NCBI GenBank assembly: GCA_052426225.1 | Contig: JBNJNM010000006.1 | Coordinates: forward strand, 186,001 to 250,000 | Length of the DNA stretch: 64,000 nucleotides | DNA from: Zancudomyces culisetae HAW-14-8 | Lineage: Eukaryota; Fungi; Kickxellomycota | Reading direction: 5' to 3' | In this document: piece by piece, positions 1 to 11,900 of the stretch | Numbering within the stretch: position 1 is the stretch's first letter | How the letters are laid out: each line of letters starts with the position of its first letter | Translations under genes and position numbers: made by a program | The notes under the pieces: model-generated | The model's database searches: none | What the model was told of the DNA's origin: nothing | The model's input: the letters and a program-made list of their open reading frames with translations, nothing else

Positions 1-1226
1 ACAAACTATAATAAAATTGGATCGAAACTATTTTATAAAACAAAATATGAAATATGTAAAAGAATACATTAATACATGTGATGTATGTCAAAAAAATAAA
101 TCTAACAGACATAAACAGTATGGATTGCTTCAACCGTTACCTATAGAACCTGGACCATGGAAATCTATATCTATGGACTTCATTACAGATCTCCGAAAGT
201 CAAATGGGTATACAACAATAATGGTTATTGTTGACAGATATACCAAAATGGCACATTTCATACCATTTAAAAAGCTGCCGAATTCACCCGAAACTGTTAC
301 TGCATACATTAAAAATGTTTTTAAACTACATGGTACACCTGATAAATCATTTCTGATAGAGGATCTCAGTTTATAAGCAAGTTTTGGAAGCGTTTTTACG
401 AACTTTTAAACGTAAAAATAAAACAATCTAGTGCTTATCACCCTGAAACTAATGGTAAACTGAGCGTACTAATCAAACATTGGAGCAATATTTAAGGTGT
501 TATAGCGACTACATGCAAGATAACTGGTGCAAACTACTTCCGTTAGCTGAATATTCATACAATAATGCATATCACAGTGCAATAAAGATGTCTCAATTTA
601 AAGCTTTATATGGTTTTGATACAACATCTACACCACAAATACCAACTATTGAGATAATTCCATGTGCTGAAAATCGTGTTATAGAACTGGAATAACATCA
701 CGAAGACATCAAAAAAGTGTTACAAAATGCAATTAAAACTGGTAAAAAGTTTGCTGATAGGAACCGAAAACGACATCCAAAGTTTAAAATAGGTGATAAA
801 GTATGGTTAATAAGAAAAAATATACAAACTACAAGGCCTACAAATAAGTTGGACAACAAAAAGATAGGTCCATACAAGATTATAAGCAAGATTAATGATG
901 TTACATTCAAATTACAATTACCACCGAACATGAAGATACATCCAGTATTTCATGTATCATTATTAGAAAAATGTCACACATCAGAACTCGTGATAAGACC
1001 AGACATCAGACCCCCATCACCTGTAATTATCAATAATGAAATTGAATATGTGGTTAATAAAATTTTGAATACAAAAGAAGTTGATGGTACAACATATTAT
1101 CTCATCGATTACGAAGGATACGGACTAGAAGAAAGAAGTTGGGAGCGTGAACATGATGTTAACGCTCACGAAAAAATACAAGAATTTTGGCTCAGCAAGA
1201 TCCAAAACGAACGCGAATCTGAATAA
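1..1226 (+). mobile_element. Ty3/gypsy (chromovirus-type) LTR retrotransposon pol 3' end: integrase + GPY/F + chromodomain, degenerate
   Basis: Three broken ORFs carry CDVCQKNK (zinc finger half), PWKSISMDFIT, VDRYTK, frameshifted SDRGSQF and [17 protein letters not shown] (GPY/F), IHPVFHVSLL and a chromodomain (EYVVNKIL..YYLIDYEGYG.EERSWE). Frameshifts near 350 and 460 and a stop at about 695. Confidence 0.93.
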
Positions 1227-1249
1227 AACACACTTAGTAATTAACCTTA

Positions 1250-1262
1250 TGAGGGGGAGTAG
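1250..1262 (+). other. Polypurine tract of the chromovirus
   Basis: GAGGGGGAGTAG lies 25 nt after the pol stop and is immediately followed by TGTTA (LTR start). Confidence 0.85.
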
Positions 1263-1740
1263 TGTTATGAATACACATGTATCATAACAATATTGTATAT
1301 TTATTACAATATGGTATTAACTAATATTAATGATATTAAATGTGTATCATTAATATTAATTAATTATTAGTTTATATTATTTAATTATTATTTAATAATT
1401 AGTTTAAAACATTAATATTGATACTATGATCAATAATAAATGTATTATCATTAATATTATGTATATTAATGAAATAAGTTTATTATTTATAAATATTTAT
1501 CATAATATTAGTTTTAGTTTTATATTACGTTTTATTATAAACTTAGTTGTATAAAAGGGTATACATTTTCCTTTGATGAAAAACTAAGTTTAACAATCTC
1601 GTTATTACTAATAAAGTTATATTAGTTATATTTAATTATTACTGTGTGTTTTGATAAACATATAATTAATAGCTTTCAAAAACTAACTGTGTGATATTTG
1701 TTAATACCATTATTATTGTGTATAATATTGGTATCTAACA
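1263..1740 (+). mobile_element. 3' LTR of the chromovirus (about 478 bp)
   Basis: Starts TGTTA after the PPT and ends TAACA at 1740 (5-bp terminal inverted repeat). TATAAAAG at 1550, AATAAA at 1610. The end coincides with the point where the minus-strand gag homology breaks off. Confidence 0.75.
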
Positions 1741-2950
1741 CTAACCAGCTCTGCAGTTAAACCAGGTGAACTGTTTAACAATTGTATCAAACTTATCTTT
1801 GGATATATTTTATCCAACTCTTCTTTTAATGAAAACTTTTTTGTACCATCAGTTATCTTATTTATGTATCTCTTATACACTTGTGCTTTTAATGGATTAT
1901 TTTCATTTATTTTTTCTACTTCTTTATTGATATCTGAAGTATTGGTACTTTCAGAACTATCTAAAGGTGTTGCTGCTGTATTTATTCTTTTATTAGCTCT
2001 TTTTTCTGAAGTTATATCTCTAAAATCACTTTTTCTTTTTTCAACTGCAAATAATTCTTGGCCTTGACAATCCTCTGTTCTTACCAATTCAATATAGTTT
2101 ACATTTGTTCCTGTTTTAACACTTTGTTCGTCATTTTGCAACGATTTCCACTTTTTGCATTCAAATTTTCTGTGACCATCTTCATGGCAGTAATAACACT
2201 TGTAAACCTGTGCAGAACCTAAATTGTAAGTTTTTAGTTTCTTTTCAACAACTTCATCTACTTTCGCTAATAAATTTACACTTAGTTCTTCAAATTTCCT
2301 GATCATGGCTGCATAGGGTTCCTTTTCCTTGGACATATCCTTTATTGCTCTACCCTGTTTACTTGCTGCATTCCTGGTAATTTCTTTGAACTTAGTAACT
2401 CTTTCTTTTCCTTCTGTCTTCCTATATATTCCTTGCTCAGCCCTTTCAAGATTGGATATGTACTTAATTACTTTGTCCCAATTCTTGTAACCAGATTCTT
2501 CGAGTTTCTCTTTAAACTCATCCTTCAAAGTACTAACTAGTAATCCAACTTAATCTCATCTTTAACAATTGCTGCTTTTTCGCATAAAAGCTCCAGCTCA
2601 TATTCAAGCTCTTCAATACTGTTATAGTCGGAGTGTTTAATTGTTCTTAACTTATCCCATATTTGACTCTTGGTTTCTTTGGCTCTAAACTTTTCAATAA
2701 ACAGCTTACTGAACGTATCCTAATCTGTGAATAAACCTTTATTCTTCTTATACCAAATGGCCTCTGTTAGGAATGGCCAATTCCTGGAACATAATTTTTA
2801 GTTACATTTTGGCCTACTAAAAATCTAACCTATTTTATTATTTAATTTCCGGTTTTCAAATATGCCATTCCGACATTGGAATCATGTTTGCAAAATTCAC
2901 CATGAACTTTCTGATATTATTACTGGGAAAATTTTCTAAGCATAATCAAG
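1741..2950 (-). mobile_element. gag of a second LTR retrotransposon (CCHC zinc knuckle), degenerate and interrupted
   Basis: ORF 1713..2528 has CYYCHEDGHRKFEC (CX2CX4HX4C) and an ISLIQLLNSSP motif typical of the gag-protease linker in fungal retroelements. Upstream frames with stops continue the gag (LFIEKFRAKETKSQIWDKLRTIK). The 5' limit is approximate. Confidence 0.8.
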
Positions 2951-2977
2951 AAATTTTCCAATAATTAAATTTAACAA

Positions 2978-3180
2978 AAATCCATGAAAAAATTGGATAA
3001 ATCAAATCCATGAAAAAATTGGATAAACCAAATCCATTATAAAATTGATAAATAAAATCAACGCTAAAATTGATAAATAAAATCAATGATAAAATCGATA
3101 AACAAAATCAATGCTAAAATCGATAAACAAAAACTATGATAAAATCAATAAACAAAATCATTGTTAAAATCAACAAATGA
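2978..3180. repeat. About 8 degenerate 24-26 bp tandem repeats (AAATCaATGaTAAAATtGATAAAcA-like) in the retroelement leader
   Basis: Directly visible, e.g. aaatccatgaaaaaattggataaatc x2, then aaatcaatgataaaatcgataaaca and aaatcaatgctaaaatcgataaaca. Confidence 0.85.
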
Positions 3181-3981
3181 AAATTACAAATTTCACGATA
3201 AGTAGATACCTTAAACTAGTTCACTTTTACATACACAAATTTTATAGCTAATATTTATTGACTTTAAGTTTTTCTTCACAGTAAAATTCTCTGATGAAAA
3301 ATTACATAAACCCTTCGAAATTCCGTTGGGATACATCAGAGAAAAATATATATCTATCAACACATCAAATATTATATTTTTCTAAATACTTACTTCTCCC
3401 TAAATAAATATTAATCAAGCATAACAAATCTCTAAGCCAAGTTATAAGCAGCTCATTGTTTATAACAGCCTCCTTCTTGCCAAGGTATAACTTCACGAGA
3501 TCAATCCAATCCTGTTCTTCCCAACTGTTCTGTTTTGCCACCAAACAATAATTTTTCGCCCAGTTTCGGGATTAGTACCTTTATCTGATTCAAATGTTTT
3601 TGAGTAATCATTTTGTATTCTTATTGACTTATTTTTGAATACATATTAATTTCTTGTTATTATCTTGTTATGGTTTTAAATTATATGAAACCTTTGTCTC
3701 CACAGGACAATGTTTCATATAATTTATCAATTATAACCATAACATTTACCGACCTCCACATTATTAATTTAAATGTTTTAGTTATGTTTTAGTTATGTTT
3801 TAAATACTATATTTTTAACATTATCGTCACATCATGAAAAGTATATAAGCTATACGATTATCATGATGTAACGATAAGTTTTACAACGAGTTTAGTTTCG
3901 TTTAGTTTATTCACTTATAGTCTAGTTTACTAATAAATATATTTTATCCAAGTCCAGACCTTGACATATCTCTAGGTATAT

Positions 3982-3999
3982 GCCTAGCTGGGAGCGCCA
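3982..3999 (-). other. tRNA primer-binding site (PBS)
   Basis: The minus strand reads ...ACAACA g TGGCGCTCCCAGCTAGGC. Its 18-nt complement GC-CTAGC-TGGGAGC-G-CCA fits T-loop end, T-stem, acceptor stem, discriminator G and CCA of a tRNA 3' end. Confidence 0.8.
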
Positions 4000-4000
4000 C

Positions 4001-5048
4001 TGTTGTATAATTAAATTTTACTTATAATTATTTATTTTTTTCTTATTTATATAGGTATAATATGTATCGTATAATTATTGTTATATATTATAAACTTAGT
4101 TGAAACTATTATAAACTTAATATAAACATCTGTAGTTGATCATAACTATTTATTTACTACTATAAAGCTTGTATGATAGAATGATAATATTTCTGTCAAG
4201 ATCTGGAGTCAGGAGAGTTATATTTATTATTATTAAAGTTTATTGTATGAATGTATACAAGATACTAGATACTGAATCCAAGACAGGAAAATTGTACCCT
4301 TTTTATACTTTTTTCCAGCCTTGGTTTTTGAACAAAATCACTATGAAAACTGCGGAATAGCTAAAAATGCAAGTTAAAGAAAAACGTGTTTGATTACTAA
4401 TCAAATTGGATTAGTAATCAAACAAAAATCAAACTCGAATGCTAATAAAATTAAACATGTGAAAATTATTACGTAAGAAAAATTAATAAATAATGTGAAT
4501 GTTCGGAAATGTTCTAGAATGTTTCCCAACATTCTAAACATTACTGCGGAATAAAATCAGATGATTCTAGAACGTTTTCGAACATTCTAGATTCAGTTCA
4601 TGACAATTTCCTTATGCAATAACTAACCCTTTAAATACTTTTCCTAGTATTATAAACATACTAATAACTAACTATTGAACTAATACTAACTAAAAAAACT
4701 AATACTGAAACAATTTAAATGAGTAATAAACTAATTCTATTAGAAAAAATATCAATAAATCAGTTTCATTGAATACTAAAAAAACTAAAACTAAAAGTAT
4801 ATTATTAATTTAATTATTTCACTTGATGATAAACATATAATATTAGTTTATCACCAAGGGTTCATGTCACTATATGACACTTATGTAATGGTTTTAAAAG
4901 GGGGATAATGTCATGGCCAATCAGGTGACATCTAACCTCCCATAACATTTATTCTAATATTTACTTAGTATTTAATTAATAACATTTGCCTAGCTGTAAT
5001 TCCTTAAGAATTACAACCTGTTTAACTAATAAAACTCGTTCTGTGACA
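4001..5048 (-). mobile_element. 5' LTR of the minus-strand retrotransposon (about 1.05 kb; outer end uncertain)
   Basis: The inner end ...ACAACA abuts the PBS. Minus-strand TATAAAAAG at 4307-4299 and AATAAA at 4244-4239. Candidate outer start TGTCACAG at 5048, with an alternative TGTCGCAA at 5150. Confidence 0.65.
4497..4592. promoter_or_regulatory. Heat-shock element arrays inside LTR U3
   Basis: GAAtgTTCggAAAtgTTCtaGAAtgTTTccCAAcaTTC (4497-4534) and TTCtaGAAcgTTTtcGAAcaTTCtaGAT (4565-4592): alternating nGAAn/nTTCn units at 5-bp phase. Confidence 0.7.
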
Positions 5049-8000
5049 CTGTACGTGTATTTATAACAGTTTTAAGAGTTTTTATAGCCGTATCAATTTC
5101 AAATTTTATACTGGTATTTTTAGTATTTATTTTTAGTTTTAGTTGCGACATTGTAGCTATTTGCTTTTATCAAACCCAAAAATATCCAATATGTTTTGTA
5201 CATAGTATTGAGAGTGTGTTTGACTCCCTCGCTGTCTCTCATATCTCTTAACACTGGTGTATTACATTTATTATGTCGTTATTACTAGCCTCATTCATTA
5301 AGTCACGATTCCACTTTACTGTGTACCCTTGAGCTCAAGAGAGTCATGATCGGTTTTTTTAAGCACTTTGTATTTTTGTATTGCGTTTCTATATTATCGT
5401 ATTCAGTAAAAATCAAGTACTTGTGGTTGTCCTTTTTCCCCTTCTCTTTCAGTTTGGTTTCACTATTAGAACGAGTATATAATTTCTCTAATTCACCATA
5501 GAACTGCATAAATGGTAACGACAGTATATAACTCAGGTTGTCAGTTTCCTCCTTTTCAATGATTAATTTTATAAATCTTTATTTCGCATCCTTCAGAAAT
5601 TTGAGATCCACGCTGAACACCTCTTGGTCAGTAAAATCTGTCTTTATGTCTACAATCTGAGTTCCTCAACTTCATATATTACCTGCTTACCCTTGAAAAA
5701 TACAATATTAGATGTGAGAATATTTCTGATGAATGATGTAAACATATTGTCGTAGTTAGGACTGATTTTATTTTTCTTTGTTAATTCTCTATATTGAGTA
5801 TTATATATACAAGATAAATGCTTAACAAACTTTGGTGTATATTTATGATTTTCTTGGTAACTCCTCCCGATAATGACAGGTACATTTGTTTTGTATTTAC
5901 CAGTTGTATTAATCGGATATTTATAGTTATATATACTAAGCTTTACTTATTCAAAAAGTGCTTATAATTATATTTAACTCGATTTACTTGTTGAGTCAAA
6001 AGTAATACATACTTTTTCACGCAATATATACCTTTTTTTTCGGATTCATCCATTTCCAAAGTATTTGATTTAAGAACTAGTATAAACCCTTTTCTTACAA
6101 TATTACAATTGTGTTGGGTTTGATTTTTGTATTCATCCACTTTAGCTTTATTTTTGTCTTTTTTAACTACAATTTATCTTGTTGTGTATACTTGAATACA
6201 ATAAAAAATGATTTTCTTCTAGTAACAATAATCAATTTATTCTATTTTTTTTTATTACAAACAAGTTAGCATATGCTAAAAGCTTTAATTCACCATAAAA
6301 CGATTGTACTTGACACAATTTAGTATCTACGAGTTTTTTTTTTGGAGAATATCTAGCTATTTTTCCTTTCATTCAACTTTCATCCCCAAATAACACAAGT
6401 AAGGCTACAACACCTATTGTGGTTGTTGATATTTTGCCAATATATATAAAACCGCATTTATAGAAATATCGTAATGTGGTTTCTACGAATTCTTCGCCAT
6501 TTTCCTAAAACAAATTACTAAATACAAAATAACGCGTGCAAAGGTGTGTGAGATCATCATGCTTTGTGTATCTGCCTATTAACGAGCAAAGTCTTTGGCA
6601 GTATAACCATTTTCACTAGGTTGTGTTATGAATAGGTAATCAAATATGTATGTATTAACAACCTCAGCTGTAAAAGCAACATATACTATTTCCTTTTAAA
6701 CCAAAAAAACGATAAACAACTGACACATATACACAAGGTCAACTCGACATAGGTTTGCGTAATTGAAGCTAGTATTAGCCTTTCCAATAATGAGGAGGTG
6801 GCTCGGGTGTTTCCAAGCCGGGACAAAACGCTAAAATGTGATTTACAGTTGCATTCACTGATACATAAACTACAGTCAATTAAAATGCATAAAGATCAAA
6901 TGTCTGGGTTTATTCCACGAGTTTGTTTAATATTGAAATACACAAATTAAAAGTGACATAGCCTCTAGAACTCACATAACAAGCTACGACATCCTATTAA
7001 ATGGTCTAATATTATTACATCTATAATTGTTTAATATTGACATTATTGCAAACTAGAAATGTAAATATATGATTTATTAATCTCTATATGCTACTTTTGT
7101 GTCTCAGCATCGAATAGGCTAGTGATAACATTAATATTATAGTCATGTATATTTAAAATAATAATCTCGCAAGTGCACTAGTATTTCTGGTTTTCCGCAT
7201 TCTAATGTCTTTTGTTATTTTTGTCCAAGGGTAGATGCACATATTGACGGGGTATTGATAGCAAAATAGGCTATTCTACATCTATTATAGCCTGTAAATA
7301 GCTGGACATCAAGATATGTTGCAACCAATATTCACCCAAAGTTAGTATTTAAGAATATAATTGATTAATTATTTCATCTATCTATATTGCGCATATCTTC
7401 AATACATCATGAGTTCAGCTGTAAAAAAAACAACAGAAATCAATATCAATTAATTTGAATAATAAACATGCCCAATTCCACTGAGCTCAGATTATGCTGT
7501 CTTTTTTATTTAGTCTTTTTTAATAACACAACTATTTATGAAGATTTTTCAATTTCATAGATATTTAGGTTAATTGAGTTTTTAGTTCCATGGAATTTTC
7601 AGGGGTTCCAGAAAACTGAAGTAGCCAAGACTTAGTTCCATCAAGCAGTTTTGCTGTATTTATCTAATTGCGATTTAATGAATTTCTGTTACAATCCATT
7701 CCCTGGAGTAGGAAGCTAATTCGTTTGATGTGTATTTTTCGAAACGTTTTATTTTTTTAAGCATTTTTTGGTGTATTTCATGAGCTAAAAAAAAAGATTT
7801 AGGTATACTAGCTATTAACTTCAGATGCGCAGAATTAATGAAATTAGTGAAATGTGCTAGCACAAAACATAATAAATGGTCAAACAAATGTGCCCAATTA
7901 ACGAAACTTTTGGGCAACAAAAAGCATGGAATGTGATTTATAAACAGTCATCCCATTAATAAAAGCTTTTGTGATGTTTGCTTTGTAAATCCAAGTAAAA

Positions 8001-8867
8001 AAATAAATACAATTACCAAACTATTGTCATAGTCGACAGTAAAAATTCTCGATAATAAATATTAACGTAAATTGGATAACTTTCAGGGAGTCGAGGTAAG
8101 AAAAATATCAAGAAAAGACTTGGAAAAGCAGTTAGAAAATTAATTAGTAGTTTTGCAGTAAGTTATTAGAGTTTTTAAGAAAGGTATATCTAAATAAATA
8201 CTGTAATCAAACTATATTGGAGATAGTTTGATTTTATTTGATAATAAATGTCTTGTCAATGAAAAACTGCAGATTTTCCTATTCATTTCATGAGCATTAT
8301 CAAATCTAAACTAATTCAGTCTAAGCACGATAGTCGTAAATAATAAAACACATCCTTTAGCAAAGACAATAATTTATAAATATATCACCATCAAGAGATC
8401 GATAGTTTTCAATATTCAATGCAACGCTAGCTTTCGCAGTTTTGAACTGACTTTAGCTCTAACCAATAGTATGCAAAGGTAATATCTTTCGTTTCCTAAA
8501 TAAGAACTGTGAGTGTAGACCTAAATCTTGTTATTGTTTTGAATAGTTATGATAAAGTATACAACTCCCACTTTAAATCTTAGCGTTCAATAGGTTTGGA
8601 AAATAAAATAAAATGTTGGGTAAGAACAACAAAGCTTCAACCAACAATTGGTGGATATACCAGCACTTGCTTACATTTTAAAACTGCATATTGCCAATTT
8701 TCGAATATAGCTAATTAATGAGAATAAATTAAGGCACTCATTAAAACATCTATTGCTTATCCAATACCAAATACCAATCATTGCTTCATTTACTAAGAGT
8801 GTTCGTACACAAGTTTAGCAAGGTTCAAGATAAAGCAATGAGAGAGCATAGGGTCCACTAAAAATGG

Positions 8868-8877
8868 TATATAAAAG
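8868..8877 (+). promoter_or_regulatory. TATA box of the mucin-like gene
   Basis: TATATAAAAG about 100 bp upstream of ATG 8973. Confidence 0.6.
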
Positions 8878-8972
8878 GTGCCGAAAAGACCCACTTTGTT
8901 TCAACAACTCGTCTTTACAAAAACCCACTCCTTATTTCCTTTATAGTACTCGTTAAGAAAAACTAACTTATA

Positions 8973-11900
8973 ATGAAGATAAGCACATTATACGGTGCCT
9001 TATACACCACACTCCTTACTACTTCAGTATTGGCTGGAGAAGTACAGGGAAAAAGAGCAGTACGTAACATTGAAAACCTCCACAAGAGAGAAGCAGCCAG
9101 GCTATTGCGCAGACAGGCCGCTGTACAAACTATAACCATTCCTGGCTTTACAGCCGATGGTAAGACTGGTCCAGGAACTACAGTTGGTGCTGTGGCCGTT
9201 GCTGAACCTGAGTCGTCTGAGTCCACACTTGAGCCGTCTGAGTCCACACCTGAGTCGTCTGAGTCCACACCTGAGTCGTCTGAGTCCACACCTGAGCCGT
9301 CTGAGTCCACACCTGAGTCGTCTGAGTCCACACCTGAGCCGTCTGAGTCCACACCTGAGTCGTCTGAGTCCACACCTGAGCCGTCTGAGTCCACACCTGA
9401 GCTGTCTGAGTCCACACTTGAGCCGTCTGAGTCCACACCTGAGTCGTCTGAGTCCACACCTGAGTCGTCTGAGTCCACACTTGAGCCGTCTGAGTCCACA
9501 CCTGAGCCGTCTGAGTCCACACTTGAGTCGTCTGAGTCCACACCTGAGTCATCTGAGTCCACACCTGAGTCGTCTGAGTCCACACCTGAGTCGTCTGAGT
9601 CCACACCTGAGCCGTCTGAGTCCACACTTGAGTCGTCTGAGTCCACACCTGAGTCATCTGAGTCCACACCTGAGTCGTCTGAGTCCACACCTGAGCCGTC
9701 TGAGTCCACACCTGAGCCGTCTGAGTCCACACTTGAGCCGTCTGAGTCCACACCTGAGCCGTCTGAGTCCACACTTGAGCCGTCTGAGTCCACACCTGAG
9801 CCGTCTGAGTCCACACCTGAGTCGTCTGAGTCCACACCTGAGCCGTCTGAGTCCACACTTGAGCCGTCTGAGTCCACACCTGAGTCGTCTGAGTCCACAC
9901 CTGAGTCGTCTGAGTCCACACTTGAGCCGTCTGAGTCCACACCTGAGCCGTCTGAGTCCACACTTGAGTCGTCTGAGTCCACACCTGAGTCATCTGAGTC
10001 CACACCTGAGTCGTCTGAGTCCACACCTGAGTCGTCTGAGTCCACACCTGAGCCGTCTGAGTCCACACCTGAGTCGTCTGAGTCCACACCTGAGCCGTCT
10101 GAGTCCACACCTGAGCCGTCTGAGTCCACACTTGAGTCGTCTGAGTCCACACCTGAGTCATCTGAGTCCACACCTGAGTCGTCTGAGTCCACACCTGAGC
10201 CGTCTGAGTCCACACCTGAGCCGTCTGAGTCCACACTTGAGCCGTCTGAGTCCACACCTGAGCCGTCTGAGTCCACACCTGAGCCGTCTGAGTCCACACT
10301 TGAGTCGTCTGAGTCCACACTTGAGTCATCTGAGTCCACACTTGAGCCGTCTGAGTCCACAACTGATACCACAGCTGAAACCACATCTTCAGTACCAACC
10401 ACACCTTCAGGCTTGACTTTAGGTCAATTCTTGGCTGCATTGAATGGTCTTGGAGTACCTGGAGTACCATCTTTGGACGAACTCAATGCTTTACTTGGTA
10501 TTTCACTATCAGCTGATATGTCAATTGCTGATTTCTTGGATGTACTTGCTCAGTTGGGTTTGGATTTGATTCCAGCTGAAATTTTTGAATGGCTCCAAGA
10601 TCCAGGTGCTCATCTACGTGAATTGATTGAATTTATCACTGAATGGCTTAGAAGAATACGCGATCACCACAGACCAACTACGACACCTACACAAACCTCA
10701 ACAGAAACTTCAACAGAAACTTCAACAGAAACTTCAACAGAAACTTCAACAGAAACTTCAGCAGAAACCTCAACAGAAACCTCAACAGAAACCTCAACAG
10801 AAACCTCAACAGAAACCTCAGCAGAAACCTCAGCAGAAACTACAGCTGATACCACAGCTGATACCACAGCTGAAACCACATCTTCAGTACCAACCACACC
10901 TTCAGGCTTGACTTTAGGTCAATTCTTGGCTGCATTGAATGGTCTTGGAGTACCTGGAGTACCATCTTTGGACGAACTCAATGCTTTACTTGGTATTTCA
11001 CTATCAGCTGATATGTCAATTGCTGATTTCTTGAATGTACTTGCTCAATTGGGTTTGGATTTGATTCCAGATGAAATTCTTGAATGGCTCCAAAATCCAG
11101 GTGCTCATCAAGATCAATTGATTGAGTTTATCACTGAATGGCTTAGAAGAATACTCGAATACCACAGACCAACTACAACACCTACAGGCTACCCAACTGT
11201 CGCTCCAACAACTGGCTACCCAACTGTTGCTCCAACAACTGGCTACCCAACTGTTGCTCCAACCACTGGCTACCCAACTGTCGCTCCAACAACTGGCTAC
11301 CCAACTGTCGCTCCAACAACAGGCTACCCAACTGTCGCTCCAACCACTGGCTACCCAACTGTCGCTCCAACAACTGGCTACCCAACCGTCGCTCCAACAA
11401 CTGGCTATCCAACTGTCGCTCCAACCACTGGCTACCCAACTGTTGCTCCAACAACAGGCTACCCAACTGTCGCTCCAACCACTGGCTACCCAACTGTTGC
11501 TCCAACAACAGGCTACCCAACTGTCGCTCCAACAACAGGCTACCCAACTGTTGCACCAACCACTGGCTACCCAACTGTCGCTCCAACAACAGGCTACCCA
11601 ACTGTCGCTCCAACCACTGGCTACCCAACTGTCGCTCCAACAACTGGCTACCCAACTGTTGCTCCAACAACAGGCTACCCAACTGTCGCTCCAACAACAG
11701 GCTACCCAACTGTTGCACCAACCACTGGCTACCCAACTGTCGCTCCAACCACCGGATACCCAACTGTTGCACCAACCTACATTAGCAACCCAATCACCAC
11801 CTATATTCCATGTGTCCCAACCACTACCACATCAACTGCATATCCAACTGCCCCAACTACCATCACCACCACTGTTACAGTTCCAGGATGCCACTACTGC

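Noticed and set aside
4896-5048. AAAAGGGGGATAA-TGTCA looks like a PPT plus the start of a third (+) LTR
   Set aside because: No upstream pol on the + strand, and the G-run is explained as one arm of a hairpin with TGACAT..CCTCCC inside the minus-strand LTR. It cannot be fully excluded.
5303-6140. Short minus-strand ORFs that might be a decayed gene
   Set aside because: No recognisable motif and no frame I could join convincingly.
7585-7615. HSE-like TTC/GAA cluster upstream of the mucin gene
   Set aside because: The units are not in consistent 5-bp phase, so it is too weak to call.
9207-10361. Possible CRISPR-like array
   Set aside because: Contiguous in-frame tandem units with no unique spacers, in a eukaryotic coding gene.
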